This document shows, one piece after another, positions 16,594 to 27,830 of a DNA stretch of 64,000 nt. Source of the stretch: Candidatus Deferrimicrobiaceae bacterium (GTDB lineage: Bacteria > Desulfobacterota > Deferrimicrobia > Deferrimicrobiales > Deferrimicrobiaceae); NCBI GenBank assembly GCA_963792415.1, contig CAWBVY010000004.1, positions 448,001 to 512,000 of the forward strand, written 5' to 3'. The notes under the pieces are model-generated. The model was given only the letters and a program-made list of their open reading frames with translations, did not search any database and was not told the origin of the DNA. The position numbers and the translations under genes are program-made. The first letter of the stretch is position 1. Every line of letters begins with the position of its first letter.

Positions 16594-19482
16594 CTGAGGC
16601 GAGGGCGTATCCGGCAACCCCTCCAGGAGCGCCACCGGGAAGTCGTGGAACACCCCGTGGAGGTGCAGCAGCTTCGCTCCGTCCCCCCTGGAAGCGTGAA
16701 GGGTCTCCCCCGTGAAGATGTTGCGCCATCTGCCCGGAGCCTCCGCCGGCAGCCGTAGCGCGGTTCGCGCCCCCCAGACCCCGAGGCCGACCGGGAATTC
16801 GCCCGGCGGCGCCAGGCGGGTAGTCAGTCGCGGGACCGCCGCGATCGCCCACGCGTCCCCCCGTTTCCGCGCGAACGCCAGCGCGTGTTCCTTCAGCCCG
16901 CCCGTCACGGGCAGGGGGACGTAGGCGCCTTCCAGGAACAGCTCCTTCCGTTCCCGCCGGAAGAAGAGCGCCTTGTACGTCACGAACAGCTTTACCCGCC
17001 CGTCCCGCCAGGAGGAGAGGAGGTCCCGGGCGAGGGGGCCGAGCCCCTGGCGCTCCACCGCTATCAACTTTTGCAGGAGACGGGTCCGGTGCCGGTAATC
17101 GACCGGCCGGCGGTTGTCCGGGTCCACCAGGGAGAAGTCCCAGAGTTCCGTCCCCTGGTAGGTGTCGGGAACCCCCGGCGAGGCGATCTTCAGCAGGAGC
17201 TGGGCCAGGCCGTTGATCGCCCCGTAATGGGCGACCTTCTGCTGGAAGGGGAGGAAATCGGCCAGGAACGCGTTGGTGTCGGGGGACAGTTCCTCCAGCA
17301 GGGAGGCGACGAACTCCTTCACCGCGCCTTCATGGGGGATGTTGTGTCGTATCCATCGCGTGTAGACCTTGGCCTCCCGCATCGCTTTCACCATGTAGTT
17401 CTCGATCCGGGCCTGGAGGTCGGGGAGTTCCTCCCTCTGGAGGGGCCACGCCCCCAGGAGCGTCTGGTAGAGGAGGATCTCCTCGCCCGGGTCCGGCGTC
17501 GCGATCCCGTTGACGATCCGTTTCTTTCCGGCGTTCTGCCGGCTCCATTGCTGGAGACGCTTCTCCCACTCCTCCGGGATCTCCGAGAGGACGTTGATCC
17601 GCGCGCGCACGTCCTCGCTCCTCTTTGTGTCGTGGGTCGAGGTGGCGTTCATGGAATACGGCCAGCGACTGGCCATGGTTTCGCAGCGGCTGTGGAAGGC
17701 ACTCGCGGAAACTCCGGTGGAGGCGGGGTTTCCGCCGACTTCGTTCATGGAAACGAGCCGGTTGTAGACGTACAGGGAGGTGTCCTCGTACCCCTTCGCC
17801 ATGATCGGGCCCGTGAACTGCTGCCAGCGCATCAGGAAGCGGAGCCACTCCTCCCGCTCGTTCCCGGCGAGGGAAGGAGGCGTCTCGAGCAGCAGGACCC
17901 GGCGCAGGAAATCGAAGACGGGGGTGCTGGCCTCGGTGCTGCGCTGCTGCGCGGTCTTGAGGGCTTTCGTGATGTGCCGGATGTCCCGCGCGGACAGATC
18001 GGGACTCCGTGCGTACGTGCGGTAGACGGGGAAGCACGCCGTCACTTCGACCAGGGCGGCGTGCAGCTCCTTCCCGGGGAGGTCGCGGGCGTACCGGTCC
18101 TGCTCCGCCAGCCGCGCGAGGTGCTGCCCGAGCGAGTGCATCTCGCCCGCGAAGAGGGTGTCCATCACCAGCTTCTTGTTCCGGTAGACCGTCTCCCGGA
18201 AGTTCGGTGCGACTCCGATGAACCGCGCGTAGATCTCGTCCAGAGTCTTCATGCCCCGTGCGCTGAGGAAGACCCCGTTCAGCGCGTTCAGGGAGTCGTA
18301 TCCCGTCGTCCCGTGCACGGGCCACTCGGGGGGAAGGTCCTCCTCCTCGCCAAGGATCTTTTCCACCAGCACGTAGAACCGCGCGGGCGGGTTCCCGTCT
18401 TCCGTCCCCGTCAGGCGCTGCATGAGCCGTACGAGGTACCCGTGGGGATCGTACAGGCCGTCGACGTGGTCCACGCGCAGGCCGGTGACCTTCCCCTCCC
18501 TCGCGAGGCGAAGCGCCAGTTCGTGCGCGGCGTCGAAGACCCGCGGGTCCTCGACCCGCAGAGATACCAGGTCGCTGACGGCGAAGAAGCGCCGGTAGTT
18601 GATCTCCTCGTTCGCGAGCCTCCAGAAGGAGAGCCAGTAGTGCTGCTCGGAGAGGATGCGGTCGAGGGGGTCGAAGCTGGCGGGATCGCCTTTCCGCCCG
18701 TTCACCATCCGCAACGTTTCGTCGATGTGCTCCCGGATCTCGTGGCGCTCCGTGTACAGGCGCAGGAGGCGCTCCTTGATCCCCTCCTCGGAGGCGTACC
18801 GCTCGCGGGCCGCCTCCGCATCCGCCACCGCGATCTTCGGGAGGTGCTCGATCGTCGTGATCAGGTCCCACAGCTCCCGGAACGAGGGGTGGTCCGGCCC
18901 GTACGTCTCCTCGAGCGACGGAAGCCGCAGGGAAAGGATCCGCGGGTAGGAATGGATCGACACCGGAAGCTTCGCGGAGTGGCAATGGACGAGGAACCCG
19001 CCCTTTTCGGTGTGCAGGGAGAGCTCCTGCTCCTCGATCATCCGGCCGTACGGACCGCCCAGGATGGGGAGGAGGACCTTGCCGGAGAGCGCTTTCTTGG
19101 GGGAGTGCCAGTCGATGTCGAAGAATCCCGCGAACGGCGACCCTTGTCCGCTCTCCAGGACGTCCATCCACCACCGGTTCTCGACGCTCGCGGCCATGTG
19201 GTTGGGGACGATGTCCATCAGCAGCCCCATTCCCCGCTCCTTGAGCGCCTTCGTCAGCGACTCGAAATGCCCTTCGCTCCCCAGCTCGACGTTCAGCCGG
19301 GTGGGGTCGGTCACGTCGTAGCCGTGGGAGCTGCCCGCGCGGGCCTGGAAGATCGGCGAGGCGTACAGGTCGGTGACGCCCAGGGCTTCCAGGTACGGGA
19401 CCAGGGCGGCGGCGTGCTCGAACCGGAACCGCCGGTGGAACTGGAACCGGTACGTGGACGCAGGGATCCGGAGCGAAGTCAC
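16588..19482 (-). CDS. treY: Malto-oligosyltrehalose synthase
   Basis: PASTYRFQF, YASPIF, GSSHGYDVTDP, DIVPNHM, GLRVDHVDGL, TSTHDTKRSEDVRAR, SLVDPDNRRPVDY. Confidence 0.95.
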   Translation of the reverse strand: MTSLRIPASTYRFQFHRRFRFEHAAALVPYLEALGVTDLYASPIFQARAGSSHGYDVTDPTRLNVELGSEGHFESLTKALKERGMGLLMDIVPNHMAASVENRWWMDVLESGQGSPFAGFFDIDWHSPKKALSGKVLLPILGGPYGRMIEEQELSLHTEKGGFLVHCHSAKLPVSIHSYPRILSLRLPSLEETYGPDHPSFRELWDLITTIEHLPKIAVADAEAARERYASEEGIKERLLRLYTERHEIREHIDETLRMVNGRKGDPASFDPLDRILSEQHYWLSFWRLANEEINYRRFFAVSDLVSLRVEDPRVFDAAHELALRLAREGKVTGLRVDHVDGLYDPHGYLVRLMQRLTGTEDGNPPARFYVLVEKILGEEEDLPPEWPVHGTTGYDSLNALNGVFLSARGMKTLDEIYARFIGVAPNFRETVYRNKKLVMDTLFAGEMHSLGQHLARLAEQDRYARDLPGKELHAALVEVTACFPVYRTYARSPDLSARDIRHITKALKTAQQRSTEASTPVFDFLRRVLLLETPPSLAGNEREEWLRFLMRWQQFTGPIMAKGYEDTSLYVYNRLVSMNEVGGNPASTGVSASAFHSRCETMASRWPYSMNATSTHDTKRSEDVRARINVLSEIPEEWEKRLQQWSRQNAGKKRIVNGIATPDPGEEILLYQTLLGAWPLQREELPDLQARIENYMVKAMREAKVYTRWIRHNIPHEGAVKEFVASLLEELSPDTNAFLADFLPFQQKVAHYGAINGLAQLLLKIASPGVPDTYQGTELWDFSLVDPDNRRPVDYRHRTRLLQKLIAVERQGLGPLARDLLSSWRDGRVKLFVTYKALFFRRERKELFLEGAYVPLPVTGGLKEHALAFARKRGDAWAIAAVPRLTTRLAPPGEFPVGLGVWGARTALRLPAEAPGRWRNIFTGETLHASRGDGAKLLHLHGVFHDFPVALLEGLPDTPSPQG

Positions 19483-19486
19483 GGGC

Positions 19487-21922
19487 TCACTCCTCCGGCA
19501 CGAGGATCGAGAGTTTCGCGCCGATGGCGCGGAACAGTCCGATCCACAGGGCCGCCTGCTCGTCCCCTTCCCCGGACTGCACAAGGTAAGACGGGTAGGC
19601 GGTCTTCAGGAGGTCGTACCAGATGTTCTGGGCTCCCCAGAAGAGCACCTCGAAGGGGAGGTCGTGGCCCATCTCGACCGCCCCCGCGAAGCGGCGGAGC
19701 AGGTCGAGGTCGTCGGGCTTCTCCCGGAAGTCGTTCGCGATCGCGTCGATTTTCTTCTGCAGGGTGAAGCCGAGGCCGGGCGAGTCGAGCGTGATGCCGA
19801 ACCCGTCACCCTCCTCCAGGAGCCCGCGGATCGCCGACGCCTCCAGGGTCTCCGACGACACGGCACGGCGCAGCTCCGCGTTCAGCGCGACCTTCGCGGA
19901 GGCGTACAGGGGATCGGGGAGGGGGATCCCGATGCTCGACAGGAACCGCATCATGCTGGCGTGCTGGTTGTAGATCCCCCGGTGGTTCGCCTCCGTGTCG
20001 GAGAGGGTCTGGTCGAGGATGATGTGGAGGATTTTCCGCAATTCGTCGCGGAACAGCAGCTTCATGGAGTAGGTCCCCGCCCCGAAATGCTTGTCCACCG
20101 TCCGGATCACTTCGGGGAGGTCGGCGCTCTTGAAGATGTCTCCGATCTCCCGCGCGAGGGTTGCGTACGCCTCCTCTCCGCGGAAGTCGCGGATCCCGCC
20201 GCTGACGTTGTGGTCCCCCAGGTGGAGGACGCCGAAGGACAGCTGCGCCGATTTCCGGGTGATCCCGGAGGTGACCCGCGCCCTGCCCATGACGAGCTTC
20301 GTCCTGCCCGCCGTCTGGACGCGGAAATCCTCGCGCTCGATGTCGTAGCAGAAGATCCGGGAGCGTTCGCCGTAATTCTCGAAGAGGGAGCTCACCGCGT
20401 AGTGGGCGCCGACCTTGTGGAGGTTGACCATCGCGGGCCGTACGAACTTGTCGTAAATGAGGCGTCCGTTCCCGTGTTCCGGAACGTTGCCGCCGACCCG
20501 TTCCAGCCGTTCCAGGAATCCGGCTTCGATGGAGTCGCCGAAGAGATCCTGGGAAAGCTGGACGACGCGGCCGGCGTACTGGAGGACCTGCACCGTTTCG
20601 AGCCCCGAGAGCTCGTCGAAGAACCAGCCGCAGCTCGTGTACATGAGCATCGCCTGCCGCTGCATCTCCATCAGCTGCAGCGCCCGGGTCTTCTGCTCCG
20701 CCGTCAGTTCCCCGGCGGCCGTCCTTCCGAGAAATTCGTCGACGGAGGCGTCGGACCGGTCGAGGATCACCGAGATGTACTCCTCGCGGGCGGCCCAGGG
20801 GTCCTTGAAGATCATCCGCCCTTCCCGCTCGAACAAGGGGGCGATGGCGTCCCGGAGTCCGTCCAGCGCCTCCCGCAGCGGCCCCCGCCACTCCTGGTTC
20901 CACCCCGGGCGGCCGCCGGAGTTGCACCCGCAGTTGCTCCGCCACCTCTCCACGCCGTGGACGCAGCTCCAGGAGCTGTTGTCGAAGATCCGCACGTCGT
21001 GGGTGGGCGGGAACCTCTCCAGGTGCTCCCCGTAGTTGGTGAGGCGGACCCCCGGGTCGGCGTCGAGGAGACGCAGCGCGTGCGAAAGCGCCATCTCCCC
21101 GTGCTTGTGGTGGTGGCCGTACGTCTCGCCGTCGGTGGCGATGTGCACCAGCTGCTGCGGCCACGGGCGCTGGTCGGAAAAGGCCCCCCGCAGCCGGTTG
21201 GCGAGGAACTCCCCGTTGTCGAGGAGCCTTTCGAAGGCCACGCCCTGCGAAATGGGCCCGTCGTAGAAGAAAAGGGCGATCTTCCGGCCCGAAGGGAGGT
21301 TGAGCTCGTACGGGATCGTGGGATCGATCCTCCCGTTGCTGACGTCGCGCCAGTCGCGGCTCCCTTTCTTGCGCGCCTTGGCTGCCTGGCGGGGGGCGAG
21401 GATCGTGAACCGGATCCCCTCGCTGGCCAGGACCTCCAGGGTGGCGACGTCCGCCGCGGTTTCCGGGAGCCACATCCCCTCCGGCGGCCGGCCGAACCGG
21501 TGCGTGAAATCCTGGATCCCCCATCGGACCTGCGTCGTCTTGTCCCGCGCGTTGGCCAGGGGAAGGATGATGTGGTTGTACCCCTGCGCCAGGGCGGAGC
21601 CGTGGCCAGAGAACGCCTCGCGGCTTTCCCGGTCGCCTTCGAGGACGGCGCGGTACACCGCGGGGGACTTCTCTTCCATCCAGGACAGCAGCGTCGGGCC
21701 GAAGTTGAAGCTGATGCGGGAGTAGTTGTTGACGATCTTTTCGATCCGCCCGTCCCCGGCGAGGGCCCGGGAAAACGCGTTGGCGCCGTAACATTCCGCC
21801 GAGATCCGCTCGTTCCAGTCGTGGAACGGGTACGCGGAGTCCTGGAGTTCGATCGCCTCCAGCCAGGGGTTCTCCCTTGGCGGCTGGTAGAAGTGGCAGT
21901 GGATGCAGACGTATCGGTCCAT
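19487..21922 (-). CDS. GH57 glycoside hydrolase with DUF3536
   Basis: IHCHFYQPPRENPW, YNHIILPLAN, GMWLPETA, IATDGETYGHH, SWSCVHGVERW, MYTSCGWFFDE. Confidence 0.9.
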   Translation of the reverse strand: MDRYVCIHCHFYQPPRENPWLEAIELQDSAYPFHDWNERISAECYGANAFSRALAGDGRIEKIVNNYSRISFNFGPTLLSWMEEKSPAVYRAVLEGDRESREAFSGHGSALAQGYNHIILPLANARDKTTQVRWGIQDFTHRFGRPPEGMWLPETAADVATLEVLASEGIRFTILAPRQAAKARKKGSRDWRDVSNGRIDPTIPYELNLPSGRKIALFFYDGPISQGVAFERLLDNGEFLANRLRGAFSDQRPWPQQLVHIATDGETYGHHHKHGEMALSHALRLLDADPGVRLTNYGEHLERFPPTHDVRIFDNSSWSCVHGVERWRSNCGCNSGGRPGWNQEWRGPLREALDGLRDAIAPLFEREGRMIFKDPWAAREEYISVILDRSDASVDEFLGRTAAGELTAEQKTRALQLMEMQRQAMLMYTSCGWFFDELSGLETVQVLQYAGRVVQLSQDLFGDSIEAGFLERLERVGGNVPEHGNGRLIYDKFVRPAMVNLHKVGAHYAVSSLFENYGERSRIFCYDIEREDFRVQTAGRTKLVMGRARVTSGITRKSAQLSFGVLHLGDHNVSGGIRDFRGEEAYATLAREIGDIFKSADLPEVIRTVDKHFGAGTYSMKLLFRDELRKILHIILDQTLSDTEANHRGIYNQHASMMRFLSSIGIPLPDPLYASAKVALNAELRRAVSSETLEASAIRGLLEEGDGFGITLDSPGLGFTLQKKIDAIANDFREKPDDLDLLRRFAGAVEMGHDLPFEVLFWGAQNIWYDLLKTAYPSYLVQSGEGDEQAALWIGLFRAIGAKLSILVPEE

Positions 21923-23794
21923 CTAGCGGGTCCCCTTTTCTTTTTTCAACAGGAGGATGAAGGACTTCGGATGCATGGAGAGCGCGATGTCCGCCGCCGA
22001 ATCCGGCAATCCGGGAGCCATCCCTCCGGGGCCTCCCCACCGGGCGTCGGAGGAATCCAGGACCTTTTCCCACGGACCGCCGGGAAGGGACAGGCGCAGG
22101 GTCGTCTTCTTGTCCCCGAAATGAAACGCGGAGGCGGCGTACCCGCCGCCGTGCCCGCGCAATACGACGAGGGCTTTCTCTTCGTCGAATCGGATCACGT
22201 TGATCTCCTCCCGGTACGGGCGGTCGACGCCCGACAGGGCGCGGATCGTTTTCCGGGCCCGGAGCAGTTCGCGGTGCAGCTCGAGGAGCGTCGCGTGGTT
22301 GCCCGAGCCGCGGAGGGAAAGGTCCGGCCGCGACCGGAGAAACGTCGCCTCGTCCTGCGGGTCGGGAATCTCGCCGGACCAGCCGAAGGCGGCGAACTCC
22401 TCCTTCCGCCCCTTCCGGACCGCCTCGATGAGTCCCGCATCGCCATGATGCACGAAGTAGAGGAACGGCGCGACCTCGCCGTACTCCTCCCCCATGAACA
22501 GGAGCGGAATATAGGGAGACAGGAGAACGACGCCCGCGGCGAGCTTCAGGGACTCGAAGGAGACCAGGGCGCTCAGCCGGTCCCCCCGCATCCGGTTTCC
22601 GACCTGGTCGTGATTCTGGGCGAACACGACGAATTTCCCCGCGGGGAGGTGCCGGGAACGGTTCCCGTGGCGGCGCTTGCGGTGCACGGAGTATTGCCCG
22701 GAGTAGACGAACCCGTCCGTGAAGGCGCGGGCCATCGGTTCGATCCCGCCGAAATCGGCGTAGTACCCGTCCCGCTCGCCCGTCAGCAGCGTGTGAAGGG
22801 CGTGGTGAAAGTCGTCGCTCCATTGCGCGTCGAGGCCGTATCCCCCTTCCTCCGCCGGGGTGACGATCCGGGCGTCGTTCAGGTCGCTCTCGGGGATCAG
22901 GTAGGCCATGCGGTTCTCGTCCCGCCGGATGCGACGCACGGCCGCGGAAAGTTCCGCGAGGAAGGGGGAGGCGCTGAAGTCCATGATTCCGTGGATCGCA
23001 TCGAGCCGCAGCGCGTCGACGTGGAACTCCTGTATCCAGTGGAGCGCGTTGTCCTGGAAATAGCGGCGCACCTCGTCGCTGCAGGGGCCGTCGAAGTTCA
23101 CGGCGGAGCCCCACGGGGTGCGGTACCGGTCGCTGAAGTAGGGGCCGAAGTCGGAAAGGTAGTTCCCCTCCGGGCCGAGGTGGTTGTAGACCACGTCGAG
23201 GACGACGGCGAGGCCGCGCCGGTGGCAGGCGTCGACCAGCCGCTTCAGCCCTTCCGGACCGCCGTAGCTCTCCTGCACGGCGAACGGGTAGACGCCGTCG
23301 TACCCCCAGTTCCTCTTCCCGGGGAACTGCGAAACGGGCATCAGCTCCACGGCGGTGATCCCCAGGTCGACGAGGGAGTCGAGGTGCGGGATGATGCCGT
23401 CGAAGGTGCCCTCGGGCGTGTACGTCCCGACGTGCAGTTCGTACAGGATGTAGGAGAGGAGGGGGATCCCCCGCCACTCCCGGTCCTGCCACCGGAACGC
23501 CCCCGGGTCCGTGACCATGGAGGGGCCGTGGACTCCCTGCGGCTGGTGGCGCGAGGCCGGATCGGGCCGCTCCTTCGCGCCATCGAGTCGATACAGGTAC
23601 AGGGTTCCCGGGACCACCCCGTCCGCGATCCCGTGATGGTACCCCGCGCCATCCCCTTCCAGCGGCACCACCCGGCGTGCCGGGGAGAGCAGAAGGACCT
23701 CCACGGACCGCGCGAACGGCGCGTAGACGAGGAAGCGGCAGCGCCCGTCCGGGAGCGGCGTCGCGCCCAGGGGGTGGGAACGGAAACCGGTCAT
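21923..23794 (-). CDS. treZ: Malto-oligosyltrehalose trehalohydrolase
   Basis: [69 protein letters not shown]. Confidence 0.95.
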   Translation of the reverse strand: MTGFRSHPLGATPLPDGRCRFLVYAPFARSVEVLLLSPARRVVPLEGDGAGYHHGIADGVVPGTLYLYRLDGAKERPDPASRHQPQGVHGPSMVTDPGAFRWQDREWRGIPLLSYILYELHVGTYTPEGTFDGIIPHLDSLVDLGITAVELMPVSQFPGKRNWGYDGVYPFAVQESYGGPEGLKRLVDACHRRGLAVVLDVVYNHLGPEGNYLSDFGPYFSDRYRTPWGSAVNFDGPCSDEVRRYFQDNALHWIQEFHVDALRLDAIHGIMDFSASPFLAELSAAVRRIRRDENRMAYLIPESDLNDARIVTPAEEGGYGLDAQWSDDFHHALHTLLTGERDGYYADFGGIEPMARAFTDGFVYSGQYSVHRKRRHGNRSRHLPAGKFVVFAQNHDQVGNRMRGDRLSALVSFESLKLAAGVVLLSPYIPLLFMGEEYGEVAPFLYFVHHGDAGLIEAVRKGRKEEFAAFGWSGEIPDPQDEATFLRSRPDLSLRGSGNHATLLELHRELLRARKTIRALSGVDRPYREEINVIRFDEEKALVVLRGHGGGYAASAFHFGDKKTTLRLSLPGGPWEKVLDSSDARWGGPGGMAPGLPDSAADIALSMHPKSFILLLKKEKGTR

Positions 23795-25704
23795 TCCGCG
23801 CGACCTCCGCTTTTCAGGAACAGGGCGGACAGCGGGGGGACCACGAGGGTCAGGGAGTGGAACCTCCCCTGCGCGCCGATGGGCGCCGCCTCCACGCCGC
23901 CGATGTTCCCCTGTCCGCTTCCGCCGTACTCGATCGCGTCGCTGTTGAGGCACTCGCGCCAGAACCCCCCGCGGGGAACGCCGATGCGGTAATTGTGCCT
24001 CGGGACGGGGGTGAAGTTGAAGACGGCAAGGAGGATGTCGTCCCTTCCGCTAGCCTTCCGGAACAGGCTGATCACGCTCTGCTCCGCGTCCCGGGCGTCG
24101 GCCCACTCGAAGCCGGCCGGATCGAAATCGGACGCGTGCAGGGCCGGCTCGTCCCGGTAGAACCGGTTCAGTTCCTCGACCCAGCGCGAGAGGGCGGCGT
24201 GGCGGGGTTCCTCCGCGAGGTGCCATTCCAGGCTCGTGTCGTGGTTCCATTCCGTCCACTGCCCGAACTCCCCCCCCATGAAGAGGAGCTTCTTCCCCGG
24301 CTGCGCGTACATGCAGCCGAACAGGGCGCGAAGGTTGGCGAACTTCTGCCAGTCGTCGCCGGGCATCTTCCCGAGGAGCGACCCTTTCCCGTGGACGACC
24401 TCGTCGTGGGAAAGGGGAAGCACGAAGTTCTCCGAGAACGCGTACACCCCCCGGAAGGTGAGTTTGTCGTGGTGGTACTTCCGGTAGATGGGGGCCTGGG
24501 ACATGTACGCCAGCATGTCGTGCATCCAGCCCATGTCCCACTTCATCCCGAAGCCCAGTCCCCCCACGTAGTTCGGGCGGGAGACCATGGGCCATGCGGT
24601 GGACTCCTCGGCGATCGTCACGATGTCGGGGAACGCCCCGTACACCGTCTCGTTGAAGCGGCGCAGGAAAGCGATCGCGTCGACGTTCTCCCGCCCCCCG
24701 AACTGGTTGGGGATCCATTCCCCCTCCTTCCGGGAGTAGTCCAGGTAGAGCATCGACGCGACGGCGTCCACCCGCAGGCCGTCCGCGTGGTAGACGTCCA
24801 GCCAGAAGTAGGCGTTGCTGAGGAGAAAGCTCTGCACCTCCTTGCGCCCGTAGTTGAAGATCTCCGTGTCCCAGTCCGGGTGGTGCCCCTGCCGGGGGTC
24901 GGCGTGTTCGTAGAGGTGGGTGCCGTCGAAGAAGGCGAGCCCGTTCCCGTCCTTGGAGAAGTGGGAGGGGACCCAGTCGAGGAGGACGCCGATCCCGTGC
25001 CGGTGGAGCGTGTCCACAAGGAACATGAAATCCTGCGGGGTCCCGTACCGGCTCGTCGGGGCGAAGTACCCCGTCCCCTGGTATCCCCAGGAGCCGTAGA
25101 AGGGGTGCTCCATCACGGGGAGGAACTCCACGTGGGTGAAATTCATCCGGGTCAGGTAGGCGGCGAGACGGGGAGCGAGTTCCCGGTACGTCAGCGGGCG
25201 GTTCCCCTCGTCGGGAACCCGCATCCAGGATCCGAGGTGCACCTCGTAGATCGAGATGGGGCGGTCCGCGGAATTCCTCCGGCGGCGGTCGGCCATCCAT
25301 TCGGCATCCCCCCATTCGTTCCAGAGATCGCACACGATGCTTCCGGGCTCGGGAGGGGGTTGGGAGGAGAAGGCGAACGGGTCGGATTTATCGTACCGGT
25401 ACCCCCCGAATCGCGAGATCACGTGGTACTTGTAGGCCGACCCCGTGGCCACTCCAGGGAGGAACCCTTCCCAGATTCCCGAATCCCCCCGGGGCCGCAG
25501 CGGATGCGTGCGGTTGTCCCACCCGTTGAAATCCCCCATGACGGAAACCCCCTCCGCGTTGGGCGCCCACACGGCGAAACAGGTCCCCGCGTCGGAGCCC
25601 GATTCGAGGAAATGGGCCCCGAGCTTTTCGTAGAGGCGGAAGTGGCTCCCCTCGTTGAACAGGTGCAGGTCCTGGTCGGTCAGCAACGTCACGTCGTATC
25701 GCAA
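23791..25704 (-). CDS. glgB: 1,4-alpha-glucan branching enzyme
   Basis: [67 protein letters not shown]. Confidence 0.96.
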   Translation of the reverse strand: MRYDVTLLTDQDLHLFNEGSHFRLYEKLGAHFLESGSDAGTCFAVWAPNAEGVSVMGDFNGWDNRTHPLRPRGDSGIWEGFLPGVATGSAYKYHVISRFGGYRYDKSDPFAFSSQPPPEPGSIVCDLWNEWGDAEWMADRRRRNSADRPISIYEVHLGSWMRVPDEGNRPLTYRELAPRLAAYLTRMNFTHVEFLPVMEHPFYGSWGYQGTGYFAPTSRYGTPQDFMFLVDTLHRHGIGVLLDWVPSHFSKDGNGLAFFDGTHLYEHADPRQGHHPDWDTEIFNYGRKEVQSFLLSNAYFWLDVYHADGLRVDAVASMLYLDYSRKEGEWIPNQFGGRENVDAIAFLRRFNETVYGAFPDIVTIAEESTAWPMVSRPNYVGGLGFGMKWDMGWMHDMLAYMSQAPIYRKYHHDKLTFRGVYAFSENFVLPLSHDEVVHGKGSLLGKMPGDDWQKFANLRALFGCMYAQPGKKLLFMGGEFGQWTEWNHDTSLEWHLAEEPRHAALSRWVEELNRFYRDEPALHASDFDPAGFEWADARDAEQSVISLFRKASGRDDILLAVFNFTPVPRHNYRIGVPRGGFWRECLNSDAIEYGGSGQGNIGGVEAAPIGAQGRFHSLTLVVPPLSALFLKSGGRAE

Positions 25705-27830
25705 TGGGGGTCACCTTCCTTTCGTATGCGGTCGATCTCCCGCAGCGTGCGGATCACCCCCGGGAGGGCGAGGAGCTCCTCGAGGGAGTGCCTGCTCTTG
25801 CCCACCCAGTTCGGGCGCTCCGAGGAGGTCCCGGGAGTGTTCTGGGGGGCCCGCTCCAGCCACAGGTCCTCCAGGTTGACGATCACCATTTCCGCCGCGC
25901 TCCCCGCGAGGTGGGCCAGGCAGGCCCGCAGCAGCGTTTCGTCGTCGGGGCGGGGGCCCGTCCGCGGCAACCGTCCCCGTTTCCGCAAAAATTGCGTCAG
26001 CGCACGAACGCGTTCCTGTCTCCCCGTCACTTCCCCCCGCGCCCCTTCCCGATCCAGGAGGCCCAGGGAGACGCGGTCTTCGACGTCGAGGGACTCGAGG
26101 AAGGCGGCGAAGGGGGGCATGTCGTGGGTGTTCACGCACGCGAGGGAGGCCCTCGGAATCTTCCCCAGGGCCTTGCCGGCGTCCGGCGTCAGCCCGTACT
26201 GCACGACGAACATCCGGCGCAGCCCGTGACGCCCCATCGCCGGGCGCACGTACGGGGGGACGGTCCCGAGATCCTCCCCCACGATCCGCGCCCGGTTCCG
26301 GTGCGACTCCAGGCACAGGATGGCGTACAGCTCCTCCGCGGGGTACCGCACGTAGGTTCCCTCGCCGGGGGACGCGCCGTTCGGAACCCAGAAGAAGCGG
26401 TGCAGCCCCATGACGTGGTCGATCCGGAGGATCCCCGCGTAGCGCAGCTGGTTCGCGATGCACGCGCGGAAATAGGCGTGCCCGTCCTCCCGGATCCGCT
26501 CGGGGTGCAGCGGAGGGAACCCCCAGTCCTGTCCCCGGGTGAAGAAATCGTCGGGAGGCGCCCCCGCGGACGCCTGGAGCGCGAAGAGGTCCCGTCGCCG
26601 CCAGACGTCGTAGCCGTCGTAGCTCGCTCCGAGAGGCAGGTCGAGGTACAGCAGTTTCCGGGAATCGGACGAGAGGTCCCGGAGCTGCAGGTGAAGCGCC
26701 CACTGCGCGAACAGGTGGTACCGTTCGGCCGCTCGGTCGAAATCCCCCTCGCCCAGTCGCCCGTCCCGCAAGGGCGCCGGCCAGGTCGGCCAGGGGGACC
26801 GGATCGTGTCCCACGCCGCGCGGAAGCGGGCGTACTCCCCGATCGGAGGGTTCTCCGCGACGAACCGCCGGAAGTCCTCCTGTGCCCTGGGGTCCTTCCG
26901 GAAGAACGCTTCGGAGAGTTCCTCGAGCACGCGGCGCTTCAGGGCCATGCCGCGCCGGTACTCCACGCGGGGCGCTTCCCGCAACCGGGCCGCCTCCGCC
27001 TGGAACTCCGCCGAGGCGAGAAGATCCCCCGCCGCGCGGCACTCCCCGAACCCCGGCGCCCGGGTCACGTCGAGGTAGAACTCGTTCCAGGCGAGACGGC
27101 TGCAGGGGGAGTAGGGGCTTGGGTTGAACGGCTCGGGGGAGCAGGCCGAAAGCAGCGGCAGCGTCCCCACCGTGTCCCCCCCCATCTCCTCCACCCGGTC
27201 CATGAGGGCGCGCAGGTCCGTGAGGTCCCCGGTGGCCAGGCTCCTGCGGGAATGGAGGGCGTACAGCGGAAGGAACACCCCCCACCCCCGGCCGTTCCCC
27301 TCCGGGGCGGTCCAAGCGCGCGACGGGGCGGAAACGACGGTCGTCCCGCAGCTCACCCCGCCCAGGTCCACTTCCAGCGCGTGGTATCCCGGCGGGAGTT
27401 TCCATGGAAGCGGGGCCCTTTTCACAACGTACTTTCCCGCGGTCCCGGTCCCGGGGACCGCGACCGGAAGAAGGGACAGGTCGCAATCGGTCTCCCGCGC
27501 TTCTCCGGTTTCCAGGACGACACGGAGCCGCGCGCGCGCGTTTTCGTCGTTTCGGGGAACCCGAAGCTCGACCGTGGCCGTCCCGTCGTCCCAGGCGACG
27601 CAGACCGGGGGACAGACGCGTTCCCACGCGGACGATTCGGCCCGGCGCAGCGCCTCCGGGGCGTCCCGGATCGTTTCCAGCGGCTCCCCAAGGGAGCGAA
27701 GCACGGCGAGGAGCGTCTCCGGGGGCGGCGTCCTCCGCTGGTGCCGGATGTCGAAATAGGCGGTCTGCACCCCGCGGAGGCGCGCCAGCCGCCGCAGTCC
27801 GCGGATCTCCCCGCCGCTTCCGGAGGTCAC
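25689..27830 (-). CDS. malQ: 4-alpha-glucanotransferase (amylomaltase, GH77)
   Basis: [67 protein letters not shown]; GTG start overlaps the treS stop. Confidence 0.93.
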   Translation of the reverse strand: MTSGSGGEIRGLRRLARLRGVQTAYFDIRHQRRTPPPETLLAVLRSLGEPLETIRDAPEALRRAESSAWERVCPPVCVAWDDGTATVELRVPRNDENARARLRVVLETGEARETDCDLSLLPVAVPGTGTAGKYVVKRAPLPWKLPPGYHALEVDLGGVSCGTTVVSAPSRAWTAPEGNGRGWGVFLPLYALHSRRSLATGDLTDLRALMDRVEEMGGDTVGTLPLLSACSPEPFNPSPYSPCSRLAWNEFYLDVTRAPGFGECRAAGDLLASAEFQAEAARLREAPRVEYRRGMALKRRVLEELSEAFFRKDPRAQEDFRRFVAENPPIGEYARFRAAWDTIRSPWPTWPAPLRDGRLGEGDFDRAAERYHLFAQWALHLQLRDLSSDSRKLLYLDLPLGASYDGYDVWRRRDLFALQASAGAPPDDFFTRGQDWGFPPLHPERIREDGHAYFRACIANQLRYAGILRIDHVMGLHRFFWVPNGASPGEGTYVRYPAEELYAILCLESHRNRARIVGEDLGTVPPYVRPAMGRHGLRRMFVVQYGLTPDAGKALGKIPRASLACVNTHDMPPFAAFLESLDVEDRVSLGLLDREGARGEVTGRQERVRALTQFLRKRGRLPRTGPRPDDETLLRACLAHLAGSAAEMVIVNLEDLWLERAPQNTPGTSSERPNWVGKSRHSLEELLALPGVIRTLREIDRIRKEGDPHCDTT

